A stretch of 64,000 nucleotides of DNA. Origin: the human T2T-CHM13v2.0 reference genome, Homo sapiens. Position 1 is the stretch's first letter. Each line of letters starts with the position of its first letter. The translations under genes and the position numbers were made by a program. The stretch is from the NCBI RefSeq assembly GCF_009914755.1, contig NC_060925.1; one strand, 5' to 3'. Of this stretch, positions 14,891-28,290 are shown one piece after another. The notes beneath the pieces are model-generated. The model had not been told where the DNA came from. It did no database searches and saw nothing but the letters and a program-made list of their open reading frames with translations.

Positions 14891-16200
14891 GATCCCACAA
14901 GAAACATGCTAGTAAGCTCATTTTAAAGGTGAAAAAAAAAATAAAGCTTAGTGAAATTAAACAACCTGAAAAAAGTCACACAGAGAGTAAATTATTGCGT
15001 CTGATTCCAAAGAACTCTGTGCTAGAGTAACTCTAATTTTTTTCACATTCAGTCCACATCCTGAATCTACATATCAGTGTAGTTTTGCTAAATTATCCTC
15101 TTTGGGGATTGAGTTGCAGCCTCATGACATAATGACTGGTGATATCAGGTCCTTCTTAGAAACGTGCTGTTCATTTCTGGCTAATGTTCCCTAGACAATC
15201 AGCACAGATACTGAAACCCTGATACATCCATGGCAGTGACAAAAGATGCAGATGGAAAGTAGAATGACAGTGGGTGTGTGCTGGAAAGCACCCCAGCCTG
15301 GAAGGCTGGATACCAAGGTTCCCGTCCCAGTTCAGTTACTCACTAATTATATGATCCTGGTCAGATCATGACCCACTGTTCCCCAGTTCCCTCCTTCATG
15401 TATTCCCTCCAGTTCTGATTCTGTCTCATTTTAGGTAATATCTGCTTGCGTGATGAGTCAAACTGGGATCTGGATCATAAAAGTATTTAAAGCCTTCACT
15501 TTCTACGCTATGCGATTATAGAATCTGTTGAAATTCCAGGGCCTGGCTTGCTAATTGGGTTTACATTTTGCTTTTATAAAACCCCACATGATAAATAGGA
15601 AAGGTTCATTAACCTGGAGCTTTATAACAGCAGGAATCATGTTTGGTTTTCTCATCATTATATCCCCAACAACTGGCACAGCCCCTGGTACACGATGAAC
15701 TCCAGAATATCGATTTACTTATTGACTGACACAGACAATGTTATTGCTAGATGTATGTAACAAATTATTCTCTTTCTCTCCCTGCCCAAGAGCAAGCATG
15801 AGCTTCAAGGGAAGGAATAAGGAAACCAGGATTAACACAGCGCTTATTCTGCAATTTACCTCATTTACTTTTCATAAAAAGTCTTCAAGAAAGATATTAC
15901 AATCCCCTTTTTGATTGATGAGAAATCTGAGATTCAGAAGGATGAAGTAACTTAAGATTACATAACTTTAAATTAGAAATGTTCAGAAATTATATGAAGA
16001 AAACTAAAACACACCTAAAAGACATAAAAGTAGACGTGAACAAATAGAAAAATATCTCTGTTCTTGGTTCAGACATCTCAACATTATCAGTCAGCCAGTC
16101 TACCCTAAGTTAATTTATTAATTTATTGTAATACTAATAAAAATACAAAAAAGCTGTTTTTCCTGAAGCTAAACAAGCTGATATTAAAGTTTGTACAAAA

Positions 16201-16502
16201 GGCCAGATGCGGTGGCTCACGCCTGTAATCCCAGCACTTTGGGAGGCCAAGGCAGGCGGATCACGAGGTCAGGAGATCAAGACCAACCTGGCTAACATGG
16301 TGAAACCCCATCTCTACTAAAAATACAAAAAAATTAGCTGGGCGTGGTGGCGGGCACCTGTAGTCCCAGCTACTCAGGAGGCTGAGGCAGGAGAATGGTG
16401 TGAACCTGGGAGGCAGAGCTTGCAGTGAGCCGAGATCGCACCACTGCACCCCAGCCTGGGCGGCAGAGCGAGACTCCATCTCAAAAAATAAATAAATAAA
16501 TA
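16201..16502 (+). mobile_element. AluY
   Basis: AluY diagnostics; (AAAT)n tail; degenerate TSD tttgtacaaaa/tttgtataaaa. Confidence 0.96.
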
Positions 16503-17247
16503 AATATTTGTATAAAATAAGAATGCAAAAAAATGGCTAGGAAAACACTGAAGGAAATTGCTAGAAGAGGGCACTAGCCCTACCAAATATTAAAACATCT
16601 ATAGGTTAAAATAGTGTAACACTGCTATGTGAATAGGCATACCAATAGACTAGATTAGGAAGTCCAGAAATAAACCTAACCATATATGAAGTTCAAGAAT
16701 ATAATAAAAGTAATAACTCAGATCATTAGGACAAAAATGGACTTTTTTTCAAACTTTTTTTTAATGATCAGAAAAAAATTGACTTTTTAATAAGTGGTAT
16801 TGGAACAATTAGACATTTGAAAAATATAAAATTAGATCTATTCCTTATACCATAGATAAAAATAAATTCCAAATGCATCAAAGATCTAAATGTAAAATAA
16901 GTGAATAATACAAGTATTAGAAGAAAACATGGACAAATTTCCTATAAGCTGACTGTTGAGAAAGGGTTGCTAACTGTGACGCAAAGTCAAGATATGATAA
17001 AAGAAGAAAATTGATAAATTTGACTACTTAAAAGATTCAAAAAACCTTTTGCATGGCAAAATACCATAAGCAAAGCCAAAAGACAAATGACAAATTTGGA
17101 AAAAGTACTTACAATGCAAATCACAGATAATTTCTAACATATAAAGAGATTTCAAATCTCAAGGGGAAAAACAAAGATTGTATGTAAAAAAACATGAATA
17201 GATGCCAGAGATATATGCATAAATGAGCCACTCCTGCTAAGAAATGC

Positions 17248-17767
17248 TGTGGTAGGGAGCCTCTAACAAGGTGTCAATGATCTCCACCTCTTGGTATTCA
17301 CACCCTTATATAATTGCCTTCACTTGATTGTGAGCTGGACCTAGTGACTATCTTCTAATGAGTAGGATATTGCAAAAGTGATGGGATGTCACTACTCAGA
17401 TTAGGTTACAAAAAGTCTGTGGCTTCTGTTTTGGGTACCTCCTGTCTTTCTCTAGCTCATTTGCCCTGAGAGAAGCCAGCTGCCATGTTGTGATCCACCC
17501 TCTGGATGTCTCCAGTTGGCAGCCAGCAAAAACTTGAGGCCTTCCAACAGCCACATGAATGTGCTTGGAAATGGATAGTCATCTTTGAGATGACTGCATC
17601 CGCAGCAGACACTTTGATCTGCTGTTTTGAGAGGCCCTGAGCTAGAAATACCAGCTAAACTATGCCTGGATTCCTGACTCACAAAGACTATGAGATAGCA
17701 ATCTTTTAATGTTTTAAGCCACTACATTTTGAGACAATTTGTTATGTAATGATAGATAACTAATACA
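17248..17767 (+). mobile_element. MLT1E/F-like solo LTR
   Basis: tgtggtagg...gataactaataca termini; perfect 5-bp TSD aatgc. Confidence 0.88.
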
Positions 17768-17994
17768 AATGCAAATTAAAACTACAGTGAGATACCATTT
17801 CTCACACATCAGATTGGCAAAAATTCAGAAGCAAAATTCAGTAATCCTACTTCTAGAGTTTTACCCTAAAGATACACAACCAATAATACAAAAATACATA
17901 TGCACAAGGTCATTCACTGAGACATTATTTGTAATTGCAAAAACTACCTAAATGCTCAAATGTGGGAGATCAAGCATACCTACAGTGGCATATT

Positions 17995-18453
17995 ATTGTT
18001 TCAGTTATCCATTGCTTGGTAACAAACCACCTCAAAACTTACTGGTTTTAAACTACAACTTATTATGCTTCATGATTCTGTAAGTTGACTGGGCTCAGCT
18101 GGGTGGTTCTCTTGGCCATATGAAATAGGTTGAGGTCACTCAGCTGGTGCCGGAACACACAAGATGGTCTCTTGTTCTCCAGGACCACTCTGCATGTGAC
18201 CTCTTATCACCCAGTGGCCTATCCTGAGCTTCTTTACAATATGGTAGGTGCCTTCCAAGAGTGAGAAAACAAAATCCAATGGTCCTTTTAAGGTCTGAGC
18301 ATAGAAGTCCCAGAACATCACATATACCACACGCTATTGCTCAAACAGTTCACAAGGCCATCCAAGTTCAAGGGAGAGGAAATAGACTCTACCTCTCCCT
18401 AGGAGGAGCAGCAGATAATTTGTAGCTCAGAGGAGCAGCAAATAATCTACCAC
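17995..18453 (-). mobile_element. MLT1 (H-like) LTR
   Basis: tcagttatccattgcttggtaacaaaccacctcaaaacttact...aatctaccaca. Confidence 0.7.
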
Positions 18454-19088
18454 AAATACGCAAGTGTAAAAAAAAATAAGGAACATTTCCATGAGTGCAC
18501 CTGGAGTGATTGCCAGAAAAAAAGCAAAGCACAAAAGTATACATATAGGATGCTACCTTTTGTGAGAAAAAAAGAAGAAATAAGAAAACTCATATGTATC
18601 TATCTCCTTACTCTTGCAAAAAGAAACACAGGAATGATAAATCAGGAAACAATAAAATTGGTTACCTGCAAAGCTTGAGAGAATGAAGGGAGAACACTTC
18701 TCTGAGTACACCTTTTTGTATAGCTTGACTTTGGAAGAATGTTAATATTCTACAGATTCAAAAAACAAAGTTAAATCAACAAGGAAAAACATAAAACTGA
18801 ATACAAACAGAAACAAATATACCAAATAATTACTTCAGATACTGGAGAAAAACAAAGGCTACTGTAAAAGACACTATTGGTACAATTTTAAAAACTGGAA
18901 TATGACCTATATATAAAAGTGTTCTATTAATTTTAAATTTCCTGAAACTTCACTGGGGTTATATAAGAGAATACCTTTGTTCTTAGGTAGTATATACAGA
19001 AGTATTAAAAGGTATGCTATATGGAGCATGATATAGGCAACCTACTCTTAAATGGTTCAAAAAATACATTATATATTATTATATAATT

Positions 19089-19742
19089 CAGTCATGCACT
19101 GTAAATGATATTTCAATCAACGGTTAGCCACATACATGATGGTGTTCCTATAAGATTATAATACTGTTTTTGTTGTTGTTGTTGTTGTTTGAGACAGAGT
19201 CTCGCTCTGTCACCCAGGCTGGAGTGCAAGGTTGCCATCTCAGCTCACTGCAACCTCCGCCTCCCAGGTTCAAGTGATTCTCCCTGCCTCAGCTTCCCAA
19301 GTAGCTGGGATTACAGGTGCCTGCCACCATGCCCAGCTAATTTTTGTATTTTTAGTAGAGACGTGGTTTCACCCTGTTGGCCAGGCTGGTCTCAAACTCC
19401 TGACCTCAGGTGATCCACCTGCCTCGGCCTCCCAAAGTGCTGAGATTACAGGCATGAGCCACCTCGCCCAGCCTATAATACAGTATTTTTGCTGTATCTT
19501 TTCTATGTTTAGATACACAAATATTCACCATTGTGTGAAAATTGCCATGTGTACAACAGTACAGTGACATGTTGTACAGGTTTGTAGCCTAGCACCAGTG
19601 TGCTATACCATAAGCCTAGGTTCACAGTAGGCTATACCACATAGGTTTGTGTAAGTACACTCTATGATGTTCAAACAACAACAAAATTGCCTAATGCCAC
19701 ATTTCTCAGAACATACCTCCTTCGTTAAGTGACACATGACTC
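19089..19742 (+). mobile_element. Tigger3a-like DNA transposon, split by an Alu
   Basis: TIR cagtcatgc.../...cacatgact; characteristic ggtttgtagcctag core. Confidence 0.88.
19168..19473 (-). mobile_element. AluS with (TTG)n tail
   Basis: Full antisense dimer; TSD tataatactgt/tataatacagt. Confidence 0.97.
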
Positions 19743-20011
19743 TATTACAGAGTGTCCCACAAATCTTAGTGCAGATTTAACTTTTAAAGTTTTCAAAATA
19801 TAAATGCTACAACTTACAAACAGTATCATTTTGAAATTTACTTGTTTCTTTTAATTCAGTTTTGTGACTTCTGAATAACCTTTTTATTTTAATATTTTTG
19901 TTTCAGTGAATTTTTGCCACCTTCAATGAGAAAGACTGAAACAAAAAACTCAGAAGAAAGAAAGAGACTGAGATAGCAAATATGACAAACTGTTAAAAAT
20001 TCATGAATCTG

Positions 20012-20382
20012 TTATGGAATACTATGCAGCCATAAAAAAGGATGAGTTCCTGTCCTTTGCAAGGACGTGTATGAAGCTGGAAACCATCATTCTGAGCAAA
20101 CTAAAACAGGAACAGAAAACCAAACACCACATGTTCTCACTCATAAGTGGGAGTTGAACAATGAGAACACATGGACACGGCGGGGTGGTGGGAACATCAC
20201 ACACCGGGGCCTGTCAGAGGGGAGGGGGCTAGGGGAGAGATAGCATTAGGAGAAATACCTAATGTAGATGATGGGTTGATGGGTGCAGCAAACCACCATG
20301 GCATGTGTATACCTATGTAACAAACCTGCATGTTCTGCACATGTATCCCAGAACTTAAAGTATAATAATAAAAAGAGATTAA
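20012..20382 (+). mobile_element. 5'-truncated L1PA7/8-like 3' end
   Basis: gatagcattaggagaaatacctaatgtagatgatggg...gaacttaaagtataataa; TSD aaaaattcatgaatctg/aaaaattggtgaatctg. Confidence 0.93.
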
Positions 20383-21217
20383 AAAAATTGGTGAATCTGG
20401 GCAAAATGTACACAGGATTTTTCTGTACTGTTCTTGCAACTTTTCTACAGATTTGAAATGTTACAAAATAAAAGGTATTTTTAGAAAAAGAGTATACAGT
20501 TGGAAGTGACTGAGGCATGTGTGTTTTTGTACCTAGGGTTGTCTGATACTAAAGCTCAAGTTCATTCTACTTCGTGGCACTGCCTTTCATTTTGAGCAGG
20601 AGAATCGGGTTTGCACAGACTCGTGCTTTCTCTAATCATTAAGACAAAGGATCATAGGCACAGTGGCCAGGATTGGGGAGTCAGTTTGCAGCCTTGGAGA
20701 AAATGAAGGAAAAAGGCCCCCTCCCACCATCCTTTGTCTTTCAGGGACTCACTCTTCAATCCACTGAGCTAACCAACTCCAGACCTTTCCCTAAAGAGAA
20801 CCATGTAATAGGCATGTAAAGCGATGAAGGGATTGTTTTGGAAACTTGTGTAAATAGCTCTTTGGGCAGGAGAAAGATTGCCAACACCTGCTATTTGTTT
20901 TCTGGTATTTATTAGAGCCACCCTGTGAAGGACCTCTAAGCTTCCTGGATCTTATTCATTTATCTGAGTTCACTCTTGGTTCAGGGTCAACATTTTTCAG
21001 GGCCTGCAAAAAGCTGGCAAGGATCAGAGGAGGGTCACTGACTCCGGGCTTTGTAGGTGAATATGTAGGTGAATATGGTTCAAAGAATGCCAAGTGGATA
21101 ACAGTGATCTTGAAGTCAAATTTGGTTGCTCATGATGCTTTTCCTAACCCATCACTTTCTATTCCCTTCTCCTTATAGTTATTTACTAATTCATCCATCC
21201 ATCTATCCATCTATTTA

Positions 21218-21548
<331 letters not shown>

Positions 21549-21824
21549 TTAGGCCCACATCACAAAAGGCATTGTGCTAGATGCTGGGAATACAGTGATG
21601 AATAAGACTGCTCCATGCCCTAGGAAGAGAGAGGGACAGACAATTTTGTACAGCAAGGTAAGTGCTGTCATAGTCATAGGTACAGGGTACCATAGAAGAG
21701 GGGTACCCAGCCCAGCCTGGTGAGGTAAATCCAGGGACATCTTCAGAGCTGGGTCAGAAAAATGGTGGGACTGGTGGGTTAGAAAGAGAAATACCATGAG
21801 CAAAAGCATGGTAACCTAAACCGT

Positions 21825-21998
21825 TGCCTTTCCAAAGTGTGGTCCGTTGATCAGCAGAATTAGCATTACCAAAACTTATCTAGAACTGTTAGAAATGCAG
21901 AATCTTGCCCCCCTCAGACCTCCTGAATCTTATCCTGAATGTTAGTAAGATCTCCCAAGGAATTCCTAAGCACATTAATGTTTGAGAGGCATTGGTCT
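21825..21998. mobile_element. MER5A (hAT-Charlie)
   Basis: tttccaaagtgtggtcc...gttagaaatgcagaatc...aatgtttgagaggcattg. Confidence 0.75.
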
Positions 21999-23050
21999 AA
22001 ACACCATTTCTTGGGGAAATTACCAGTGGCTTATAGGCATCTTGTTCTCAGTCCAGGGCTCTCTTCCCCCAGCCACTGTTATCTCCTACTGCTGACTTGA
22101 AGATTCAGCTCTGGGCTCTCCCTCCACTCCCTAACTTGCTTCAGACACCAACATCCCAGCCACCTTCAGATTTCTGAGCAGTGAGTTCTTCCCCCTGGGA
22201 GAATTGCTAAGTCTAGTTTTCTTTTAGTTATAACACTGTCTGTACTTTTTGACCCAGTAATTCCATTCTGAGGACATTAGCCCAAAGGGAAAAAAAAATC
22301 CAAAAGAAAATAGTTATTTGTAGTCAGATGTTAAATGTTTACCACTGCGTCATCCTCAAGCACAAACAATCAAAGGAGAAACCTCCCAAATGCCAAGCAA
22401 GCAATGGTGTAGGAGTAGGGTGGGGAGCTGGTTGTTTCCTAAGCACTCTCAGGAATAGCCAGGGCTCAGGTCATGATGTCGTGGGAAGTGTCCTGGCTGG
22501 GAAGACAGAAAACCTGGGTCAAGTTCTAGTTTTGTTACTCCAGAACGGATCCCCTGGGGTAAGCCCATTCCTGTCTGAGGGTTTCAGGTTCGTCTGTGAT
22601 CTCTAAACTTTAACATTCAGTCTGTGCACATTGGTGGCCCCAGATCCTCCCAATATATGCCTGCCCTTCCATGCAGAAGGGCAAGGGTCAGAGCACAGAC
22701 CCTGGGAGAGGTGGCCTAGAGACAGAAATTCAAGCGAAACTGGCAATAACTGCAGGGAGAGAGCAGAAAAAGAACACGTACTGAACCCTGTGCAGACTCT
22801 GCGATACTAATAAAAGCTAATGTTCACTCAAAGCTTACTGTTTGCCAGATGCTGTTTTAAGTGCTTTTGTATGAATGAACTCACTTAATCTTCAGATCAA
22901 CACTATAAAGTAACAATTATTATTCTCCCATTTTCCAAATAAGGTTCAGAAAGGTTCAGGAACTTGCCCAAAGACACTCTGCTAGAAGGGGCAGGGCCCA
23001 GGGTTGAACTCTCATGGTCAGACCCCAGAGCTCACACACTGGACCTCTAA

Positions 23051-23531
<481 letters not shown>

Positions 23532-25019
23532 TAGCTCTATTTTAACAAGCTTCCCCCACTCCTCAAGTGATTATCATGTATGATAAATTTTGAGAACCTT
23601 GCTCTAGATACTAACTGCTTTCAGTAACTCATAAAATTTTTTATAATTAAGGATAATTAACACCACTATTTCACTGAGGCAACTGAGCCTCAAAAGGGTC
23701 TCATGCTCATGGGTCAAACAGCTAGAAAATAGTACAGCCAGGATTTCAACCTGAGCCCCCTATGTCGAAACACCGGCTTTTTTCACTATACCATGCCCAT
23801 GTTCAGTACCTCTCCAGAAATCAGTTTATCCAGAAGTAGAAGAGAGGGAGAAAAGAGAGTGGGAAGGCACTGGCCCTGATACCAGAGGAGGGTGAAAAAA
23901 GAGGATACATATGGAAAAATTGGCCAAACCTCATCTCTTTGGTCATCATGCCCCTAAAGTGGTGGTGGCAGCTTGGTTCTGCCTTGTTGGGCAACCTCAT
24001 GTGTGCTGGGCTGCTGATTTTCCTGGGCCTCAAGCATCGGACCTATTCTTAGCTCAGCCCCGATGGGACATGTTTGCCGGGTATTGCCAAATCACAAGAA
24101 CAATCACACCCTAGTAGCAGGCAGGCTATGCTTGGCTCACAGACCATGCAGGGCTGTCTGGGCATGTACCCAGCCTCCGCCCAGATGCTGGTCCCACCTG
24201 GACCAGCCCTAGGTGGGAAGAAAGAGATTCCAGGGGAATCCGGGCCATTGCAAATCCTTTCTCTAGTCACAAGATGCTGTTGCTGAACAGGATCTCAAAA
24301 ATCCAAGAGGCCCACAGGGGCACTGTAACTTATCGCTGGTCACCCAGCCAGTGGGTGGTAAGGTGGAATTCAGAATCCCAGTCCTCCTGACTTCTTTTCC
24401 CTATGCCGTACAATCTGAGTTCTCCAATATGTTTGTTTATTTGTGTTCTGTCTGCTTCTGCTAACCAGAAAAAAAAAAAAAATTAGCCAAGGAATGCCAA
24501 TACCCATTGTAACAGATGGAACCTCCCAGGAGGCGGTTTGCAAATGGAGACAGCAAACTGGCTACCCCAGGAGGTGATTTTTTATGAACAGCATTAGGGA
24601 TCCAGTGGCACTGGTAAAAGGAACAAAAAGTATGCCTCACAATTGTAGGCAGCACTTTTATGCTAATGTCCCCCCCCCAAGTGTTAAACGTTTGCTTTCC
24701 TTTATTAGCTAATATCACAAGTTACTCAAGAGAGAAGAGGGGCCAGATGTTTCATTATTATTAATTATAAAGATATAAGTAATGATAATAACTGCTGTCT
24801 TTGGTGTCAGGCTTTGTGTTTTACATTCATCAGCTCATTTAAGCCTTACAATAATGTCGTGAGGTGAGTAATATTAATATTAGCTTCATTTTACAAATGG
24901 AGAAATGAAGGCTCAGAGAGGGTAAGTCACTTGCTCAAGGTCATACAGCTGGTAAGTGTCAGAGCCAGGCCCAAGAGCTCCAAAGTATGTGAGCTTAAAC
25001 TTATGGAACACCCCTTTTA

Positions 25020-25385
25020 GAAAAGAGGAGACTGGTTGGGAAAGCAGAAGACAGATGGACAAACAGATGTGACAGCTGCCTTCACATAGCAAATGCTTTA
25101 TTTTGTAGAATAAAGAATAAGCAAGACCTGTTTCCTGAAAACACCAGAGCAGCTACATAGAAGTTACAGGGTTGCACATGTCATTCAGTGTAAGAAATGA
25201 CCACTGTTGACTCACAGAGAAAGTTGTTCAGATGGTAGCCCCCATCTCTGGAAATGCACATCATAATTGCACTAGGTGATTATCTAGTCCAGACCTCTCT
25301 TCTACTCCATTGTAAATGAAGTAGAGAGAGGTCTGGACTAGACAATCCCTAAAATCCCTTCCAGCTGGGGGATTCTACAGTTTGT
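25020..25385 (+). mobile_element. L3/CR1 or MIR3-type 3' end remnant
   Basis: ggactagacaatccctaaaatcccttccagctgggggattctacag resembles the L3/MIR3 tail. Confidence 0.5.
25278..25347 (-). repeat. Near-perfect inverted repeat / 70-nt hairpin
   Basis: tctagtccagacctctct (25283-25300) is the exact reverse complement of 25325-25342; the stem extends to ~32 bp around a 5-nt loop. Confidence 0.95.
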
Positions 25386-25619
25386 GAGCATTTAAGCATC
25401 TTGAGGGTAGATATGGCATTCAATATCTCTCCATGCTCCCCAGAGCATAATGGCACAGGCCTACACAGGCAGTGGTAAGAAAATGTCTGCTGGTGTTGCC
25501 AGTAATGTAATCACTTTCCTCTGCCTGGTCCTCAAAATGGGAGATCAAGGAGATCTCTCTTTGCCACATTAGCAGGTCTCAATTCCAGCAAGTGGCAATA
25601 AAGCCCTCATTTCTCAGTC

Positions 25620-26020
25620 TCCCTGAGCCCTAGGCCTGGCAATTTGAAACACAGAGGAGGACAAAGGACTAAGAAACACAAAGGACCAATATCTGGCTAA
25701 TGGGACATAAACAGAACTGCAGTGTACAAATTCCGGGAAGTGTCCTTAAAGGGGAGAGGGTACCCTTCCCCAGCCCTCCTCTGCCATGCTGCTGTCTGAA
25801 AAACAGATATGACTAAAGCTTGAACAGCCATCTTCAGTGATGAGATGGAAACCATGAGTTGAGAAGGGCAGAGCAATAAGATAGAAAGAGGCTGGATTTG
25901 ACAATCAGGGAGCTGCCATACTAGGCCTGTGCTGCCTACAGGATGAGACAGAGAAGGAAGCTTACCATTATTTTAGGTGTTCTGTTACTCCCAGTGGAAT
26001 CCAATTCTAATTCTTACAGA
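25620..26020 (+). mobile_element. MLT1-type LTR fragment
   Basis: cagccatcttcagtgatgag...tctgttactcccagtggaatccaattctaattcttaca. Confidence 0.55.
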
Positions 26021-26100
26021 GTTGAAAAACATTCTGAACAATCAAATGAGCGAATAATTGTGAAAGTAAATCTGAGTAAGCTATTGAGATGTACATAATT

Positions 26101-26240
26101 ATAGAAGAAGGGGAGAAAGGGAAAGGGAAGGAGAAAGCAAAGAGAAGGAGGAGAAGGGTAGAAGAAGAGGAGGAGGAGAAAGACTAGGAAGAAGAAAAGG
26201 AAGAGGAAAAGAAGGGAGGCGGGAAGGAGGAGGAGATGAT
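26101..26240 (+). repeat. GA-rich low-complexity purine tract
   Basis: ~140 bp almost entirely A/G. Confidence 0.9.
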
Positions 26241-26309
26241 GATAATGACAGGCATATGTCTTGCTTACAACCAGACTACAATATTCCTGGAGTCCGAGGT
26301 AGAAAGAAT

Positions 26310-26860
26310 GCTACATTCTCACTGCCACATTTACATCCTCATTACATCTCACCTGAAATGTTGGGTCGGCTATTTGGTGTCTGTCTATAGTCTTCTTCCC
26401 TCTCCTTGATCCATTCTGCCAGCTATTGCCCAAGTCTTCAATATCACTCCCTTGCTCAAAATGGGTCCAGGCCGACTTTGTGTTTCAGATGAGAAAAGGA
26501 GCCCTTATTCTGACGTTTGCCAAAAATCTATCATTTCTGCCTTATACCTACTTCACACCCCTTGTCCTCTCACAAACGGTCTGTTTCAGGAAGAGTAAAT
26601 TATTCACTGCTCCCCAAATGTACCTGCTAAATTCCTGCCTCTGTCCCTTTGCTCCCACTGGTCCCTCCACCTGGGATGTCCTTTGTCCTCTGAGTGCTGA
26701 CAGCTCAACTGTCCTTCACAACTCTGGTCAAATGTCCCCTTTTCTATCAATAACTCACAACTCTCTTTGCCCCAGCTGGAGTCAATCTCCAAAGCCCATA
26801 CATGTTTTAGTATGCATGACTGCCTCTTTGGACCCCCACACTAAAGCCTGTCTGTAGCAG
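26310..26860 (+). mobile_element. L2 fragment
   Basis: Pyrimidine-rich L2 3' motifs (ctcccttgctcaaaa; ccctccacctgggatgtcc). Confidence 0.55.
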
Positions 26861-27749
26861 GAGGACACAACATCAGCAGAAGGAGGAAGTGGGGGAGGAG
26901 AGAGTGTCTTTCTCTGGGGCTAATGATTATGACTGGCCACCGCTCCAACTCCATCTGGGATTCCTCATTGCCTCTTAGAGAAACAGTCATCATCTAGCCT
27001 TATCTTTCTCTTTATTACTGCAAAGATATCCCAGGTCAGGTAAACTAAATTACATATCCTAAGATTTTTCCCATTCGACACTGTGTATTGCTGTGGCCTC
27101 CATATGTAATCTTCTCTTCCACCCTAAAGACTGTCCCCATTTCTCAAGGATCTACTCCAGTTTACCTTCTCTGTGGAGCTCTGAGCTATCTCAGTCCTCT
27201 ATGAGCTGTTTTCTCCGTAAGATATTATCTCACTTTTTTGAATTACCTCTTACCTTATAGAGGATTTATTATGTTCTTATATTCTTTCCTCCAGAGTATA
27301 TATCCGAGTTTTTATATTTGCTAGACTGTAAAGAACATGGAGCTTTGAAATTAGACAGACTCATCATTGGACAAGATATTAACTTTGCTCAGGCTCAGTT
27401 TTCCCATCTGTAGAATAGGGATTTTAACACCTGCCTCGCAGAGTAGTCATGAAGATTAAATAAGAGAGTCTGGTACTCAAAGCAAGGTTAGCAGCACCTG
27501 CTCATGAGAATGCGGCAGAAGCACAGAGCCTGACGTGAAGGAGGTCTTCACCGGGGATGGGGAATTACTGAGCTGTTGATTTGGAGGCTCCTGCTGGAGT
27601 CTCTGAAGTTTGCTGGGTGTCACTGTTTGCAGCTGTACAAGTTAAGTGAGTGTCACTGTGATCTTGAAAACACTTGAACAAGATGGGCTTGGCTGTAGTG
27701 GAAGAGAAACCCTGTAACTTTCAGAGATAACCTCAGGAAAGAAGCTTCT

Positions 27750-28290
27750 CCTATGCTCAGTGAAGGCCCTGGGACAGACTCATGTTCTGGAATATCCCAG
27801 GCTTCCTTGTCACCAGGAAGCTGAGGAGAGCCACATGGAAGTCCTCCTTAATGTGGGGAGACTGGTCTAATAAGAGACAATTGAATGGGAGGCCTCAGGC
27901 GAAGTGAGTTGACTGTTGCCCAGTACTCTGTGCTGGTCAGTCTCCACTCAAGGGGTCGGGTTCTCTCAGTGCCACATGCTGGAAGAGGGGCATGGATCCA
28001 TGCAAGGCTTCAGAAGAGGAAGGCAGCCTGGGGAGAGGATTAAGACGCCATCCTTTGGAAAAATGTATTGAACAAGGCATTAAGTCTAAAAAGAGGAAGT
28101 TTAGTGAGCATGGGTTCTATTGACCATATTTGATGTCCACAAGGACAGTCATGTGGACATAAACATGTGAAGTGGGCCCAATGCAGGAGACAGCCAAAAG
28201 TGATGAAAACAGACTCAGAGGCTTCTCAGCACACCTGACTCTTACACGTAAGGATAGGGGTCTGGTGTTGCAAGATCCTCCAACTTTTCT
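27750..28290 (+). mobile_element. L3/CR1 LINE fragment
   Basis: CR1-like motifs, e.g. ggcattaagtctaaaaagaggaagttt. Confidence 0.4.

Larger units (their letters stand above)
15970..20490 (+). mobile_element. Old L1 (L1MC/MD-like) ORF2-3'UTR remnant hosting nested insertions
   Basis: A-rich ORF2-like motifs (atcaaagatctaaatgtaaaa; atgcaaattaaaactacagtgagatacc) resume between insertions. Confidence 0.75.
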
